DNA of 64,000 nt. Origin: Mobula hypostoma (Eukaryota). Shown piece by piece: positions 63,772 through 64,000 of the stretch (the stretch's first letter is position 1; every line of letters starts with the position of its first letter). The notes beneath the pieces were generated by a model that did not search any database, had not been told where the DNA came from, and saw nothing but the letters and a program-made list of their open reading frames with translations. The DNA lies in contig NC_086108.1 in NCBI RefSeq assembly GCF_963921235.1, forward strand, positions 80,788,001-80,852,000, read 5' to 3'. The position numbers and the translations under genes were made by a program.

Positions 63772-64000
63772 GCATAGAACACTACAGCACAAAAAACAGG
63801 CCATTCGGCCCTTCCAGTCTGTGCCAAAACGTTATTCTGCTCGTCCCATTGACCTGCATCCAGTCCATAACCCTCCAGACCTCTCCCATCCATGTATCTA
63901 CCCAATTTATTCTTAAAACTGAAGAGTGAGCCTGCATTTACTACGTCAGATGGCAGTTCGTTCCACACTCCCACCACTCTCCGAGTGAAGAAGTTCCGCC
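63772..64000 (-). mobile_element. CR1 3' end running off the window
   Basis: RVVGVWNELP..VV.A..FKNKL..YM and CR1 3'UTR. Confidence 0.85.

Overview
This is eukaryotic vertebrate genomic DNA, not prokaryotic. The repeat complement (CR1, Rex/Babar, Penelope, RTE, tRNA-SINEs, Tc1/hAT MITEs) resembles a cartilaginous fish, probably a ray or skate; this is inference. Two protein genes lie tail-to-tail, as in the human PLK3-TCTEX1D4 pair. DYNLT4/TCTEX1D4 has a single coding exon (+, 3245-3946, 233 aa). A complete 15-exon polo-like kinase, PLK3 (-, CDS 31341->17839), was spliced by hand to 1923 nt = 640 aa + stop; all introns are GT-AG and phases are consistent. PLK3 has a compact TATA/kappaB/CRE/CCAAT promoter and an inferred ~1.8 kb 3'UTR with AU-rich elements. 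The rest of the window is mostly transposable elements, including two deeply nested clusters (43.4-46.3 kb and 50.6-60.0 kb) with readable target-site duplications (TSDs). Highlights: an intact minimal type-I hammerhead ribozyme in a young Penelope-like element; decayed copies of that ribozyme module across the window, one forming a fold-back hairpin in the PLK3 3'UTR; an internally deleted HERO-type retroelement; and a DYNLT4 whose PP1-docking RVSF motif reads QVSF. Family names come from motif recognition only; no database searches were run.
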